The position numbers and the translations under genes were made by a program. This document shows positions 36,417 to 45,837 of a stretch of DNA of 64,000 nt, piece after piece. Source of the stretch: Deltaproteobacteria bacterium (GTDB lineage Bacteria > JAMCPX01); contig JAMCVD010000111.1 in the NCBI GenBank assembly GCA_023381995.1, positions 545-64,544 of the forward strand. Direction: 5' to 3'. The notes below the pieces were generated by a model, which saw nothing but the letters and a program-made list of their open reading frames with translations, ran no database searches and was not told the DNA's origin. Each line of letters opens with the position of its first letter. Within the stretch, counting starts at the first letter, position 1.

Positions 36417-37643
36417 ATGTTTGACCATCTATCCGAAAGCGCACGGCTTTATTTGAAAGAGTCGCTCCCCAGACAGCTCGTCTCCGCTGTTGTGAAGGGA
36501 TTGGTCCCCCTTGAGCCCAAGGAGCTGCTGATTGTGATCGCCTATCACTACACGAACGGCGATGAGCAGACGAAGGCCGATGCGGTGAATACCCTCGGGT
36601 CCCTGCCCTCCGGGATCATAGACTCGGTAATCCTCGAGGACGTGCCCGACTTTGTGCTTCAGTTTATATATGTCAATCACAGGCTGTCCCACGGCTCCGT
36701 CTATTCCTTTGTGACGAACAAGAACCTATCGGACGATACGTTCATAGAGCTTGCGAAGAGCGACGATGAGGCGGTCCTCGAGCTCGTGGCGAAGAACCAG
36801 ATGAGGATCCTGAAAAACGACGGGATCTTTGACGCACTTATTACGAACCCCCATTTGCCGAAGATATCGAAGGACCAGCTCATTGAGTTTTTTACGACGG
36901 CGGCCGGCAGGCAGCTCGGGAGGTTGAATATAAAGATCGAAAAAAAGGACGTCGCCCAGCCCCAAAAGCTGGCGGACCTTCCTTCGGCCGTCGGCAGGAC
37001 TGCCGGGCTCCCGTCCGATCGTACGTCCTCGGACCTTCCTTCCGATCTCCAGCGGTCGGGACTCCCCTCTGATGCGGCCATGCTTCCGGCAGACCGTTCG
37101 ACCGCCGATCTTCCTTCCGATGCGCTTGATAACCTTCCGATAAACTTTATGACGGCAGGCCTGCCGTCCGAGCTGATAGAAGAGCAGGAGGAAGGCGGGG
37201 GCCCGGACCAGGCCGGGGCCGAGACAGAGGCCGGCAAACTGACGCTCTACCAGCGCATACAGAAAATGACGGTCTCGCAAAAGATAAAGCTTGCCCTGCT
37301 GGGCAATAAAGAGGCGCGCACGATACTCCTGAGGGACTCCAACAGGGTTGTTGTAGAATCGGTGATGAAGAGTCCCCGCATAACCGACGGCGAGATACTC
37401 GGCATAGCCAATTCGCGCAACGTGAGCGAGGATATTATACGGATGATCGCCGGCAATAGAGAGTGGCAGAAGAGCTACAGGGTCAGACAGGCGCTCGCGG
37501 GCAATTCCAAGACCCCCGTGCCGATTGCATTGAGATTGCTTGAAACTATATCAAAACAGGATTTAAAGAACCTTAGCAACAGTAAGAATGTTTCGTCCGT
37601 GGTTGCGAGTGCAGCAAAGCGGATGACAGGAGATGTGAAATAA
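36417..37643 (+). CDS. Hypothetical helical-repeat protein with central [D/G]LPSD tandem motif array
   Basis: 408 aa. Central DLPSAVGRTAGLPSDRTSSDLPSDLQRSGLPSDAAMLPADRSTADLPSDALDNLP...GLPSE. Helical-repeat-like N- and C-terminal regions. I recognise no family. Confidence 0.5.
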   Translation: MFDHLSESARLYLKESLPRQLVSAVVKGLVPLEPKELLIVIAYHYTNGDEQTKADAVNTLGSLPSGIIDSVILEDVPDFVLQFIYVNHRLSHGSVYSFVTNKNLSDDTFIELAKSDDEAVLELVAKNQMRILKNDGIFDALITNPHLPKISKDQLIEFFTTAAGRQLGRLNIKIEKKDVAQPQKLADLPSAVGRTAGLPSDRTSSDLPSDLQRSGLPSDAAMLPADRSTADLPSDALDNLPINFMTAGLPSELIEEQEEGGGPDQAGAETEAGKLTLYQRIQKMTVSQKIKLALLGNKEARTILLRDSNRVVVESVMKSPRITDGEILGIANSRNVSEDIIRMIAGNREWQKSYRVRQALAGNSKTPVPIALRLLETISKQDLKNLSNSKNVSSVVASAAKRMTGDVK

Positions 37644-38536
37644 TGGCGTTGTTAAATTCGAACAAGAAAGAGATCAATGCAAAGATTGTCTATTACGGTC
37701 CTGGGCTCTCCGGCAAGACTTCCAATATCCAGTTCATCTACAAGAAATTGAAGCCCGAACACAAGGGAAAGCTTATGACGCTTGCGACACAGACGGACAG
37801 GACGTTGTTTTTCGACTTCCTTCCCGTGGAGCTCGGCGAGATAAAGGGCATGAAGATACGGTTCCAGTTGTACACCGTTCCCGGACAGGTGTTCTACAAC
37901 GCAACAAGGAGGCTCGTGCTGAAGAACGTCGACGGCATAGTGTTCGTGGCGAGTGCAGAGAAAGATAAGATGTACGACAATGTAGAAAGCTTCAAGAACC
38001 TCGAGGAGAACATCCAGCATTACGGCAGATCTCTGAACGATATCCCCCTCGTGATGCAGTACAATAAAATGGACCTGTCGGATATTGCGACGGTGGAAGA
38101 GATGCAGAAGGAACTGAACAGGCTCGGCGCTCCATACTACGAGGCGTCAGCGAACACCGGGGGTGGAGTGCTCCAGACACTTACGGGCATTACGAAGCTG
38201 GTTGTCCACAGGTTGAAGGTCCAGGCATCGATAGGAGAGGCAGAGAAGCTGCAGCAGGACAGCGAGATGAAGGAGATAACGATAGAACAGCAGGACGTTT
38301 CCGTGAATACCCCGTCCCCGGCAGAGCCTTCGAGGCAGCAGGCGAACCCGGCAGCGGAGCGGTCGACCGGTCAGGGCCAGGGGAAGCAAGCGACCCAGCC
38401 CCTGCGAAAGAAGTCTCTGGGCGTCATAGAGGTAGGCAGGCCGGAGGTCGTAGGCGGCAATACCGTCATTATCCCTGTGACCGCTGTCGACGAAGATAAG
38501 GTGCAATACGAGATGAAGGTGACGATAAAGTTCTGA
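37643..38536 (+). CDS. mglA: MglA-type Ras-like small GTPase with ~100-aa C-terminal extension
   Basis: EINAKIVYYGPGLSGKTSN...TDRTLFFDFLP...LYTVPGQVFY...QYNKMD closely matches Myxococcus MglA over about 195 aa. A Gln/Pro/Ser-rich linker and a short beta-like tail follow. Confidence 0.85.
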   Translation: MALLNSNKKEINAKIVYYGPGLSGKTSNIQFIYKKLKPEHKGKLMTLATQTDRTLFFDFLPVELGEIKGMKIRFQLYTVPGQVFYNATRRLVLKNVDGIVFVASAEKDKMYDNVESFKNLEENIQHYGRSLNDIPLVMQYNKMDLSDIATVEEMQKELNRLGAPYYEASANTGGGVLQTLTGITKLVVHRLKVQASIGEAEKLQQDSEMKEITIEQQDVSVNTPSPAEPSRQQANPAAERSTGQGQGKQATQPLRKKSLGVIEVGRPEVVGGNTVIIPVTAVDEDKVQYEMKVTIKF

Positions 38537-38638
38537 ACGACTTCGTGGCCCTTGAAGGACCACAAAGTCCTGCCTGAGGACGCAGGCCAGAGGCAGGGCA
38601 TGGGGGGCCGTCCCGTTCGATAGTGCAAAGGAGGAGCG

Positions 38639-39784
38639 ATGGAGAGGAAAATTTTTGGCGAAGAGCACGATATTTTCAGACAGGGATTCAGGAGGTTCCT
38701 GGAGCGCGAGGTCGTTCCGCACCAGGCGGAATGGAAAAAGAACGGCATCGTTTCGAGGGACATATGGAAGAAGGCGGGCAAAGAAGGGTACCTGTGTCCA
38801 TGGATTGAAGAGAAGTACGGCGGCTCCGGCGTAAATTTTCTGTACTCGGTCGTCATCATGGAGGAGATGACCAGAATCATGGAGTCCGGGTTCGCCATAA
38901 ACCTGCACAGCGACGTCGTCGTCCCCTATATAGCGACGTTCGGCAGCGAGGAGCAGAAGCAGAGGTGGCTGCCGGGCTGCGTAAGCGGTGAGCTGATAAC
39001 CGCGGTGGCCATGACGGAGCCGGGCACGGGGAGCGATCTCCAGGCCATCAAGACCACTGCTGTAAAGGACGGGGACCATTACCTGGTGAACGGACAGAAG
39101 ACGTTCATATCCAACGGCCAACTCTGTGACCTTGTGATCGTGGCGTGTAAGACGAACCCGAAGGCGGACCCACCCTATACGGGCATGAGCCTTATCGTTG
39201 TCGAGGACAAGACGCCGGGGTTCGAGAAGGGCAAGAAGCTCGAAAAGATAGGCATGAAGTCGCAGGACACATCCGAGCTCTATTTCTCCGATTGCAGGGT
39301 GCCGGCAAAAAATCTCCTCGGCGCCGAAGGGGAAGGGTTCTTCCAGCTTATGCAAAAGCTCCAGCAGGAGAGGCTCGTGAGCTCCATCGCAGCACAGACC
39401 GGCGCGGAGAAGGCGCTCGAGGAGACGATCGAGTATACGAAGACGAGGACGGCGTTCGGGAAGCCCATAGCAAAGTTCCAGAACACGCGCTTCAAGCTTG
39501 TGGAGATGGCGACAGAGATAGAGATAGGGAGGACGTTCATCGACAAGCTTATCCGGGAGCACATAGAAGGTACAAACGTCATAAAGGAGACATGCATGGC
39601 CAAGTGGTGGGTGACCGAGATGCTGAAAAGGACGGTCGATCAGGCGTTGCAGTTCTTTGGCGGCTATGGCTATATGCTCGAATATCCCATAGCGCAGGCG
39701 TATCTCGATGCACGGGTGCAGACCATTTTTGCGGGCACGACCGAGATAATGAAGGAGATCATAGGAAAGCAGATGGGGCTGTAA
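38639..39784 (+). CDS. Acyl-CoA dehydrogenase
   Basis: AMTEPGTGSDL...GQKTFISNG...QFFGGYGY...RVQTIFAGTTEI; 381 aa. Confidence 0.92.
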   Translation: MERKIFGEEHDIFRQGFRRFLEREVVPHQAEWKKNGIVSRDIWKKAGKEGYLCPWIEEKYGGSGVNFLYSVVIMEEMTRIMESGFAINLHSDVVVPYIATFGSEEQKQRWLPGCVSGELITAVAMTEPGTGSDLQAIKTTAVKDGDHYLVNGQKTFISNGQLCDLVIVACKTNPKADPPYTGMSLIVVEDKTPGFEKGKKLEKIGMKSQDTSELYFSDCRVPAKNLLGAEGEGFFQLMQKLQQERLVSSIAAQTGAEKALEETIEYTKTRTAFGKPIAKFQNTRFKLVEMATEIEIGRTFIDKLIREHIEGTNVIKETCMAKWWVTEMLKRTVDQALQFFGGYGYMLEYPIAQAYLDARVQTIFAGTTEIMKEIIGKQMGL

Positions 39785-39899
39785 CGTTTACCCCGATACT
39801 TGAATGCCCTGCGCTCTTGGCGCAGGGTGAGCGCAAGTAACGGGGTTTACTGTCGGCACGGCGATTTGCTAAAATGAATGGACAGAAGGAGGTACAGAA

Positions 39900-40724
39900 A
39901 TGGCTATTATCACGATATCGAGGGGGACATTCAGCGGCGGTGAGAAGCTTGCAGAGTGTCTGAGCAAGAGGCTTGGGTATACCCCTGTAAGCAGGGAGGT
40001 CATACTACGTGCGGCGTCCGAGTATGGCGTGTCAGAGGAGAACCTGATCACTGCGATGGAGAAGAAGCCGAGCCTCAAGGAGCGCCTTGCGCTCGATCTC
40101 GACAGGTTCCATTACCTTTCTTTTATACAGGCTGCCCTGTGCGAGAAGGCGAAGGACAATAACATCATCTATCATGGCCACGGGGGGCATCTACTGCTGA
40201 AGGGCGTATCGCACGTGGTCAAGGTCAAGGTGATAGCCGATATGGAGCAGCGCATACGGTTTGCGATGGAGCGCAATAAATTCACCCGTGAAGAGGCTGT
40301 AAGGTATATCTACAGCATCGATACCCAGCGGGAGAAATGGACGAAGTTCCTTTACGACGTAGACTGGAACGACCCCTCTCTGTACGATATAGTGGTAAGC
40401 CTTAAGAAGATAACGATTCCCACCGCTTGTGAGATGATAGCCGTCATGGTAAAGGCGGACGAGTTTAAGACCACGGAGGCCTCTGTCAAGGCCATGAACG
40501 ATCTTGCGTTGGCCAGCAAGGTAAAGGCCGTACTGGCATCGGACGATTTCACAAAGAATTTTAATGTGGAGGTAGTTGCCGATGCTGGATTCATAACAGT
40601 GAACGGGAAGGTCGATACGATGGAGGACGTCGACAATATAACGGAACTCGTCAAGAACATAAAGGGCGTGAAGGGCGTAAGCTGCAAGTGCCACCCGCAC
40701 TATTTAAAGGACACCGTGCTGTAG
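39900..40724 (+). CDS. Cytidylate-kinase-like family protein fused to a C-terminal BON domain
   Basis: MAIITISRGTFSGGEKLAECLSKRLGY (CMK-like family N-terminus). C-terminal VVADAGFITVNGKVDTMEDVDNITELVKNIKGVKGV (BON-like). Confidence 0.7.
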   Translation: MAIITISRGTFSGGEKLAECLSKRLGYTPVSREVILRAASEYGVSEENLITAMEKKPSLKERLALDLDRFHYLSFIQAALCEKAKDNNIIYHGHGGHLLLKGVSHVVKVKVIADMEQRIRFAMERNKFTREEAVRYIYSIDTQREKWTKFLYDVDWNDPSLYDIVVSLKKITIPTACEMIAVMVKADEFKTTEASVKAMNDLALASKVKAVLASDDFTKNFNVEVVADAGFITVNGKVDTMEDVDNITELVKNIKGVKGVSCKCHPHYLKDTVL

Positions 40725-40743
40725 GTCCGGGGTACCGCCGGTA

Positions 40744-41298
40744 TCAGTGCATGAGGAGGCTGATGGACAGGACGGCCAGCACGAACAAGGTAATCAGGCC
40801 GTACTTCCAGTTCTTGTTTACCGCTACCAGATAGGCTCCCGTCAGTAATACCTGCACCATAGGGGTTATGAGCAGGATCATGAGCCCACAGTTCAGCAAG
40901 ACCTCTGTCCTGAAATGACCGAGGCTTATGAACTGCATCTCTTTCTCTGTGAATTGGTAGAAATTCTTGTAAAACATGCTGTAGTCGACGTTCAGGCTCT
41001 GGTGCCTCATGTAGAACCTTGCCATGCCCGCAAGGAACAGCAGCATTGTAAGGCTTACGCCGCCTCTGTATGTTTTCGATATTATGTCCTCGAGGCTCAT
41101 CATCCTCCTGACTTCCGGGAGGGGCGCTAACCTTTTCTGGAGCTCGAGAATAGCGTTCTGGTGCTTTTTCAGCTCCTCATTCAGCCTTGCAATCGCGTCT
41201 TTGTGGTATTTGATCTCCTCGGTCGTCGGCTCCCCGCACGGACTGGTGGACCTGGGTATGTTTCTGGAATCGTTCCCTGACATCATATGCCCCTCCAT
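40744..41298 (-). CDS. DUF1634-like membrane protein with N-terminal coiled-coil extension
   Basis: The C-terminal half has 3 TM segments with the LLITPMVQVLLTGAYLV pattern typical of DUF1634. It sits directly downstream of a TauE/SafE gene, which is the usual pairing. Confidence 0.55.
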   Translation of the reverse strand: MEGHMMSGNDSRNIPRSTSPCGEPTTEEIKYHKDAIARLNEELKKHQNAILELQKRLAPLPEVRRMMSLEDIISKTYRGGVSLTMLLFLAGMARFYMRHQSLNVDYSMFYKNFYQFTEKEMQFISLGHFRTEVLLNCGLMILLITPMVQVLLTGAYLVAVNKNWKYGLITLFVLAVLSISLLMH

Positions 41299-42098
41299 AT
41301 CATTTCAATGGATATTACAAGCAGTATGACGAGAAATAGTTTCCGCACGGCCTCCTCTACCATACGTACCAGCAGCTTTGAGCCGATCCACGATCCTGCC
41401 AGCACACCGAGTATGATAGGGACGGCGAGTCCCGGCTTCAGGTATCCCGATGCGAAGAACACGCTCGAGCCCGCCAGGGCGGTAATGCCGATGATATAGT
41501 TGCTTGTGGTCGTTGAGACCTTTGGCGGAAGTCCCATGAGCAGATCGAGGATTAAGACCTTTAAGGCGCCGGCACCGATGCCGAGGAGCCCAGCGACGAC
41601 ACCCGCCATGAACATAAAAGGCCCTCCGAATGCAGCGTACCTGCTTTTATAGTTTACAACCCTGTAAGGAGGGACCTTCTCTTCGTAGCATCCGGAAAGA
41701 TCGAGGTAGTTGTCAACAAAGCCCCCTGTGTTGTCGAAGCGGGCGACGGCGACGCCCTTTTTAAGAAGCACAATCCACGACGACAGCAGTATAAGCCCAA
41801 ACATCAAAGACAATACTTTTCCATTGAGATGGAGCGTCAGAGTTGCCCCGACAATGGCGCCGAGGATCGTAAAGACCTGAAGGAATGTTCCTATTTTTAT
41901 GTTGACGATTTTTTCTTTCGCATAAGCCGCCGTCGCCGAGCACGACGTCGCTATTACGGAGAGCATGCTCGCAGCTATTGCATATTTTATGTCGATGCCA
42001 AGGAGGACAAGTGCAGGAACGATGATGATGCCGCCGCCCATACCGCTCAAGGCACCGATAAATCCAGCGAAGAGGGATATTAAAAATATCAGCGTCAT
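41283..42098 (-). CDS. TauE/SafE-family sulfite/anion exporter
   Basis: MTLIFLISLFAGFIGALSGMGGGIIIVPAL... with a repeated half (GLLGIGAGALKV). Start at 42098 rather than the track start at 42170. Confidence 0.85.
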   Translation of the reverse strand: MTLIFLISLFAGFIGALSGMGGGIIIVPALVLLGIDIKYAIAASMLSVIATSCSATAAYAKEKIVNIKIGTFLQVFTILGAIVGATLTLHLNGKVLSLMFGLILLSSWIVLLKKGVAVARFDNTGGFVDNYLDLSGCYEEKVPPYRVVNYKSRYAAFGGPFMFMAGVVAGLLGIGAGALKVLILDLLMGLPPKVSTTTSNYIIGITALAGSSVFFASGYLKPGLAVPIILGVLAGSWIGSKLLVRMVEEAVRKLFLVILLVISIEMIWRGI

Positions 42099-42248
42099 AT
42101 ATATTGTATACAATATGCAAAAAAGAGTGTCAATAAAAAAGTGAGCAAGGGGCAGATGTCCGAAGAACACATGAAAAGTTTGTAAGTTATCACGATTGTA
42201 TGGTAGTACGTAAGCCAGACGTTGAGATTGTTAATTTTATAGCGTGCG

Positions 42249-43595
42249 ATGCTAAAGGCTAAACTAAAATCGTGGTATAACGAGGCGATGACCGGTACGA
42301 CGAGGGACATCGTCCTTGCGGTGCTCATCGGTGTGCTCGCGGGGCTGTCCAGTACGTTCATCATAAAGACCGAAAGCATGATAGAGGGCTTCCTTTACTC
42401 CACCCATACGCAGGAGTTGGGCCTTGGCCAGATATTCAGATTGAAGGACCTTGTCATCCTGTCCCTGCCCTTGATCGGGGCGATTTTCTATATCGTACTG
42501 AAGTCCGTGTTCTTTCAAGAGCAGAAAATGGGCTACAGCTTCCCCGATTTCATCGTCAACGTCAACAGGAAAGAGGCACGGATCAACCCCATGACCATCC
42601 TCTATCTCCTGCTGTTTACGCCCATCATTATAGGAACGGGCAACATGGCGGGCGTCGAGGGCCCCATAGCACAGATAGGGGGCGGGTTCGGGTCCTTCCT
42701 GTCCGGAATAATGAAGGAGGAGAACAGGAAAAGGCGGAAGCTCCTCATAGCGAGCGGTACCGCGGCTGGCATCGCGTCCATATTCAATGCGCCCATAACG
42801 GGCGTGTTCTTCGCGATAGAGATCGTCCTCCTCGGCGAGTACGAGCTTACCGCCATAAGCGTCATCGTGATATCCGCCGTAACGGCGACGCTCGTCACGA
42901 GGGCGTTCATCGGCAACCACCCGCTGCTCGGTACGCCCCTGTACGAGTATGCAGGGGTGCATGAGTTCATCGGCTATACGTTCCTCGGGGTGTTCGTCGG
43001 GATCTTTTCCGTGCTGTTCGAAAAATGGTTTTTCAAGGCAGCGGACTATTTCAAAAAGATGACAGTGAAGCCCATGGCAAGGCCGCTTATCGGCAGCATC
43101 ATCATCGGCTTTATAGGGGTCCTGCTGCCGATGTCTCTCGGCAACGGCTACCCCGTCATAAGGATGGCTCTCCTTGGCAAGATAAGCTTTACGCTTATCG
43201 GCTTCCTGTTCGTTGCGAAATTTATAGGCACGGCGATAACGATAGGCTCGGGCCTGCCGGGCGGGATTTATGCGCCATCGCTGTACATCGGTGCAATGCT
43301 TGGCGGCACGATCGGCTTTGTATTTAACTCCCTGTTCCCTGCGGAGCCCGTATCGACCGGCGTATACGCAACACTCGGTATGTCGGCGTTCCTTGCGTCG
43401 CTTACCCATGCCCCTTTCACCGGAATATTCCTCGTTTTTGAGCTTACCAATGACTACAGGATGATGCTTCCATTCATGGTAACGACCATTATTGCCATGC
43501 TTATAAAGGCGAGGCTGTTCCCCGACTCCATAGAGCACTACCCGATACGGGAGTACATCAAGCACATCGAGCACAGAGACAGTAACGATTCCTGA
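42249..43595 (+). CDS. ClC-family voltage-gated chloride channel / H+-Cl- antiporter
   Basis: GVEGPIAQIGG, GLPGGIYAPSL, and about 10 TM segments. Confidence 0.9.
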   Translation: MLKAKLKSWYNEAMTGTTRDIVLAVLIGVLAGLSSTFIIKTESMIEGFLYSTHTQELGLGQIFRLKDLVILSLPLIGAIFYIVLKSVFFQEQKMGYSFPDFIVNVNRKEARINPMTILYLLLFTPIIIGTGNMAGVEGPIAQIGGGFGSFLSGIMKEENRKRRKLLIASGTAAGIASIFNAPITGVFFAIEIVLLGEYELTAISVIVISAVTATLVTRAFIGNHPLLGTPLYEYAGVHEFIGYTFLGVFVGIFSVLFEKWFFKAADYFKKMTVKPMARPLIGSIIIGFIGVLLPMSLGNGYPVIRMALLGKISFTLIGFLFVAKFIGTAITIGSGLPGGIYAPSLYIGAMLGGTIGFVFNSLFPAEPVSTGVYATLGMSAFLASLTHAPFTGIFLVFELTNDYRMMLPFMVTTIIAMLIKARLFPDSIEHYPIREYIKHIEHRDSNDS

Positions 43596-43599
43596 GCAC

Positions 43600-44748
43600 A
43601 TGAAGATTGCCGATAGATACATAGCAAAGGAGATATTGTCGCCGTTTATCGTGAGCCTGCTCGCAACGACTGCATTGATGCTTATCGGGAGGATGGTCAG
43701 GTTTTTTGATCTCATCATTGCAAAGGGCGTATCCGTGAAAGAGGTAAGCCTCCTTTTCCTCTATATGTCGCCGTTTATATTGGCGCTGGCGATCCCGATA
43801 TCCGTCCTTGTCTCGGTCGTACTTGCGTTCAACAGGCTTTCCACGGACAGCGAGATCATAGCGATGAAGGCGATAGGCATCGATCTGGCCCGGCTGTCAA
43901 GAACACCGTTCTATTTCGGGCTGCTATGCTATGCGCTGACGAGCTTTGTGTCTTTTTATCTGCTCCCCACTGCCAATATCGCGTTGAGGAACGAGTTTTT
44001 CGATATCATTATCAGGAAGACCACCGTCGGGATAAACGAGAAGGCGTTCAACACGTTGTCCAAGAACATTACCTTTTACGTCGACAGCCTCTCCCCGGAC
44101 AGGCAGGTCATGAACGATGTGCTCATATACGATACCAGGAACCCGGATTTCTCCAATACGATAGTGGCCAGACGGGGCAGGTTCGTGGTGGACAAACGGG
44201 ACAATTCGATAATCCTGGTCATGAACGACGGTACGATCCAGCAATTGAGCGATACCATGGAGACCATGCGGATCGTAAACTTCCGTGAGTACGATCTTGC
44301 CTTCTCCCAGAGCGAGATAAGCCCGTCCATGACGAACTACAATAAGACCACGTTCGAGATGACGATCCCCGAGCTGATCGGCATGTACGAGAAGCTGAAG
44401 AAGCAGAACAAGCGCACGAATTCATTGCTGACGGACATCGCGGAGCGTTTTGCCATACCGTTTACCGCGATCATCTTCTCGATAATCGGCATACCGCTCG
44501 GCATAAGGTCCCCGAGGTCCGGGAAGGCGTACGGGATAACGATAGCCGCCGTCGTCGTATTGCTTTACTACATCGTGCTGAGCGGGGCCGAGACCGTCGG
44601 CAAGCTCAATATAGTGAACCCCGTCGTTGCTATCTCGTTTGTCGATCTGTTCTTCCTCGTCGTTTCTGTCGCCTTGTTTTACATGGTCTCGCTGGAGAAA
44701 GACCTGCGGTTTATGAACCCCCTTACCCATATAAGGAGGGACGGATGA
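43600..44748 (+). CDS. lptF: LPS export ABC permease LptF (YjgP/YjgQ family)
   Basis: MKIADRYIAKEILSPF..., 6-TM topology with a periplasmic insert; paired with a second paralogue. Confidence 0.8.
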   Translation: MKIADRYIAKEILSPFIVSLLATTALMLIGRMVRFFDLIIAKGVSVKEVSLLFLYMSPFILALAIPISVLVSVVLAFNRLSTDSEIIAMKAIGIDLARLSRTPFYFGLLCYALTSFVSFYLLPTANIALRNEFFDIIIRKTTVGINEKAFNTLSKNITFYVDSLSPDRQVMNDVLIYDTRNPDFSNTIVARRGRFVVDKRDNSIILVMNDGTIQQLSDTMETMRIVNFREYDLAFSQSEISPSMTNYNKTTFEMTIPELIGMYEKLKKQNKRTNSLLTDIAERFAIPFTAIIFSIIGIPLGIRSPRSGKAYGITIAAVVVLLYYIVLSGAETVGKLNIVNPVVAISFVDLFFLVVSVALFYMVSLEKDLRFMNPLTHIRRDG

Positions 44749-45830
44749 AGATATTAAATAGGTATCTGCTGAGGGAATTCGTGTGGACGTACATCACCTC
44801 GATCAGCGTCCTATCCGGAATCTATATCATCGTCAATATATTCGAGAGCCTCAAGGACCTGCTGTCATTGCAGCCGTCCGTGTACTCCGTCGTCGTGTTC
44901 TACCTGACCCAGGTCCCGGGCATCGTATATCAGACGGTACCCATGGCGGCCCTGCTCACGGTCATCATCATATACACGGTGATGTCCGGGCATAACGAGA
45001 TAGGCTCGCTCCTGTCCACGGGCATAAGCCCCGCGACGATGGTAAAGCCGCTGATGGGCATGGTACTGCTCCTGTCCCTCCTGCATTTTTCCCTTGGCGA
45101 GTATGTCGTGCCCAGGGCGAACATAAAGAATGACATCGTAGATTCCAGGATCCATCATACCCGGTCGCGGTTCTACAAGGATTCCATGGTCAGCAACATC
45201 TGGTTTAAGGCAAACGATGAGATAATCAAGGCCGGGTTGTTCGTTCCATGGCTCGATACGGTAAAGGACATTACCGTGTACGGGTTCTCGGGTCACAATG
45301 GCTTGCTGAGGAGCAGGATGGACGTGGCGACCGCGAAATGGGACGGGGATCGTTGGGCACTGAGCGATGTATATGTCAGGGACTTCCACAACGGGTACCA
45401 GACAGGGTACCGGTTTTCGGGGTCGGCAGAGATGTCGCTGCCCATTACGATCGCCGATTTCAAGCATACGGGAAAGACGCCCGGCGAGATGGACTATTCC
45501 GAGCTCAGTGCGTACATAAAGAGATTGAAGCAGGAGGGCTACACCTATGCGCCGTACGATGTCGATTTGAACAACAAGCTCTCGTATCCGTTCTCGTCCC
45601 TTTTCGTGATTCTCCTTGTCATCCCGTTTTCGATGAAGAAAAGGAAGACGTCCGGCATGATGCTCGCCTTCGGCATATCCCTCGCTGTCGGGTTCAGCTA
45701 CTGGATACTCATGGCCCTGTCGTTATCGATGGGGAACTCGGACATCCTGGATCCCGTTGCGGCGGCATGGACGCCCAACGTCGTGACATTCCTGATAGCG
45801 CTTGTCATAAACGGGCTCACAAAGTGGTAG
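44745..45830 (+). CDS. lptG: LPS export ABC permease LptG (YjgP/YjgQ family)
   Basis: MKILNRYLLREF...; the start overlaps the lptF stop by 4 nt. Confidence 0.8.
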   Translation: MKILNRYLLREFVWTYITSISVLSGIYIIVNIFESLKDLLSLQPSVYSVVVFYLTQVPGIVYQTVPMAALLTVIIIYTVMSGHNEIGSLLSTGISPATMVKPLMGMVLLLSLLHFSLGEYVVPRANIKNDIVDSRIHHTRSRFYKDSMVSNIWFKANDEIIKAGLFVPWLDTVKDITVYGFSGHNGLLRSRMDVATAKWDGDRWALSDVYVRDFHNGYQTGYRFSGSAEMSLPITIADFKHTGKTPGEMDYSELSAYIKRLKQEGYTYAPYDVDLNNKLSYPFSSLFVILLVIPFSMKKRKTSGMMLAFGISLAVGFSYWILMALSLSMGNSDILDPVAAAWTPNVVTFLIALVINGLTKW

Positions 45831-45837
45831 CTACCGC

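Noticed and set aside
36969-37190. Periodic nucleotide repeats as a possible CRISPR or minisatellite.
   Set aside because: The periodicity is irregular. It lies inside an uninterrupted ORF and corresponds to the [D/G]LPSD peptide motif. No CRISPR-like repeat/spacer array exists anywhere in the window.
39807-39827. Hairpin CCCTGCGC-TCTTG-GCGCAGGG after the acyl-CoA dehydrogenase gene.
   Set aside because: It is a perfect 8-bp stem but has no downstream U-tract. I left it unannotated as a terminator.
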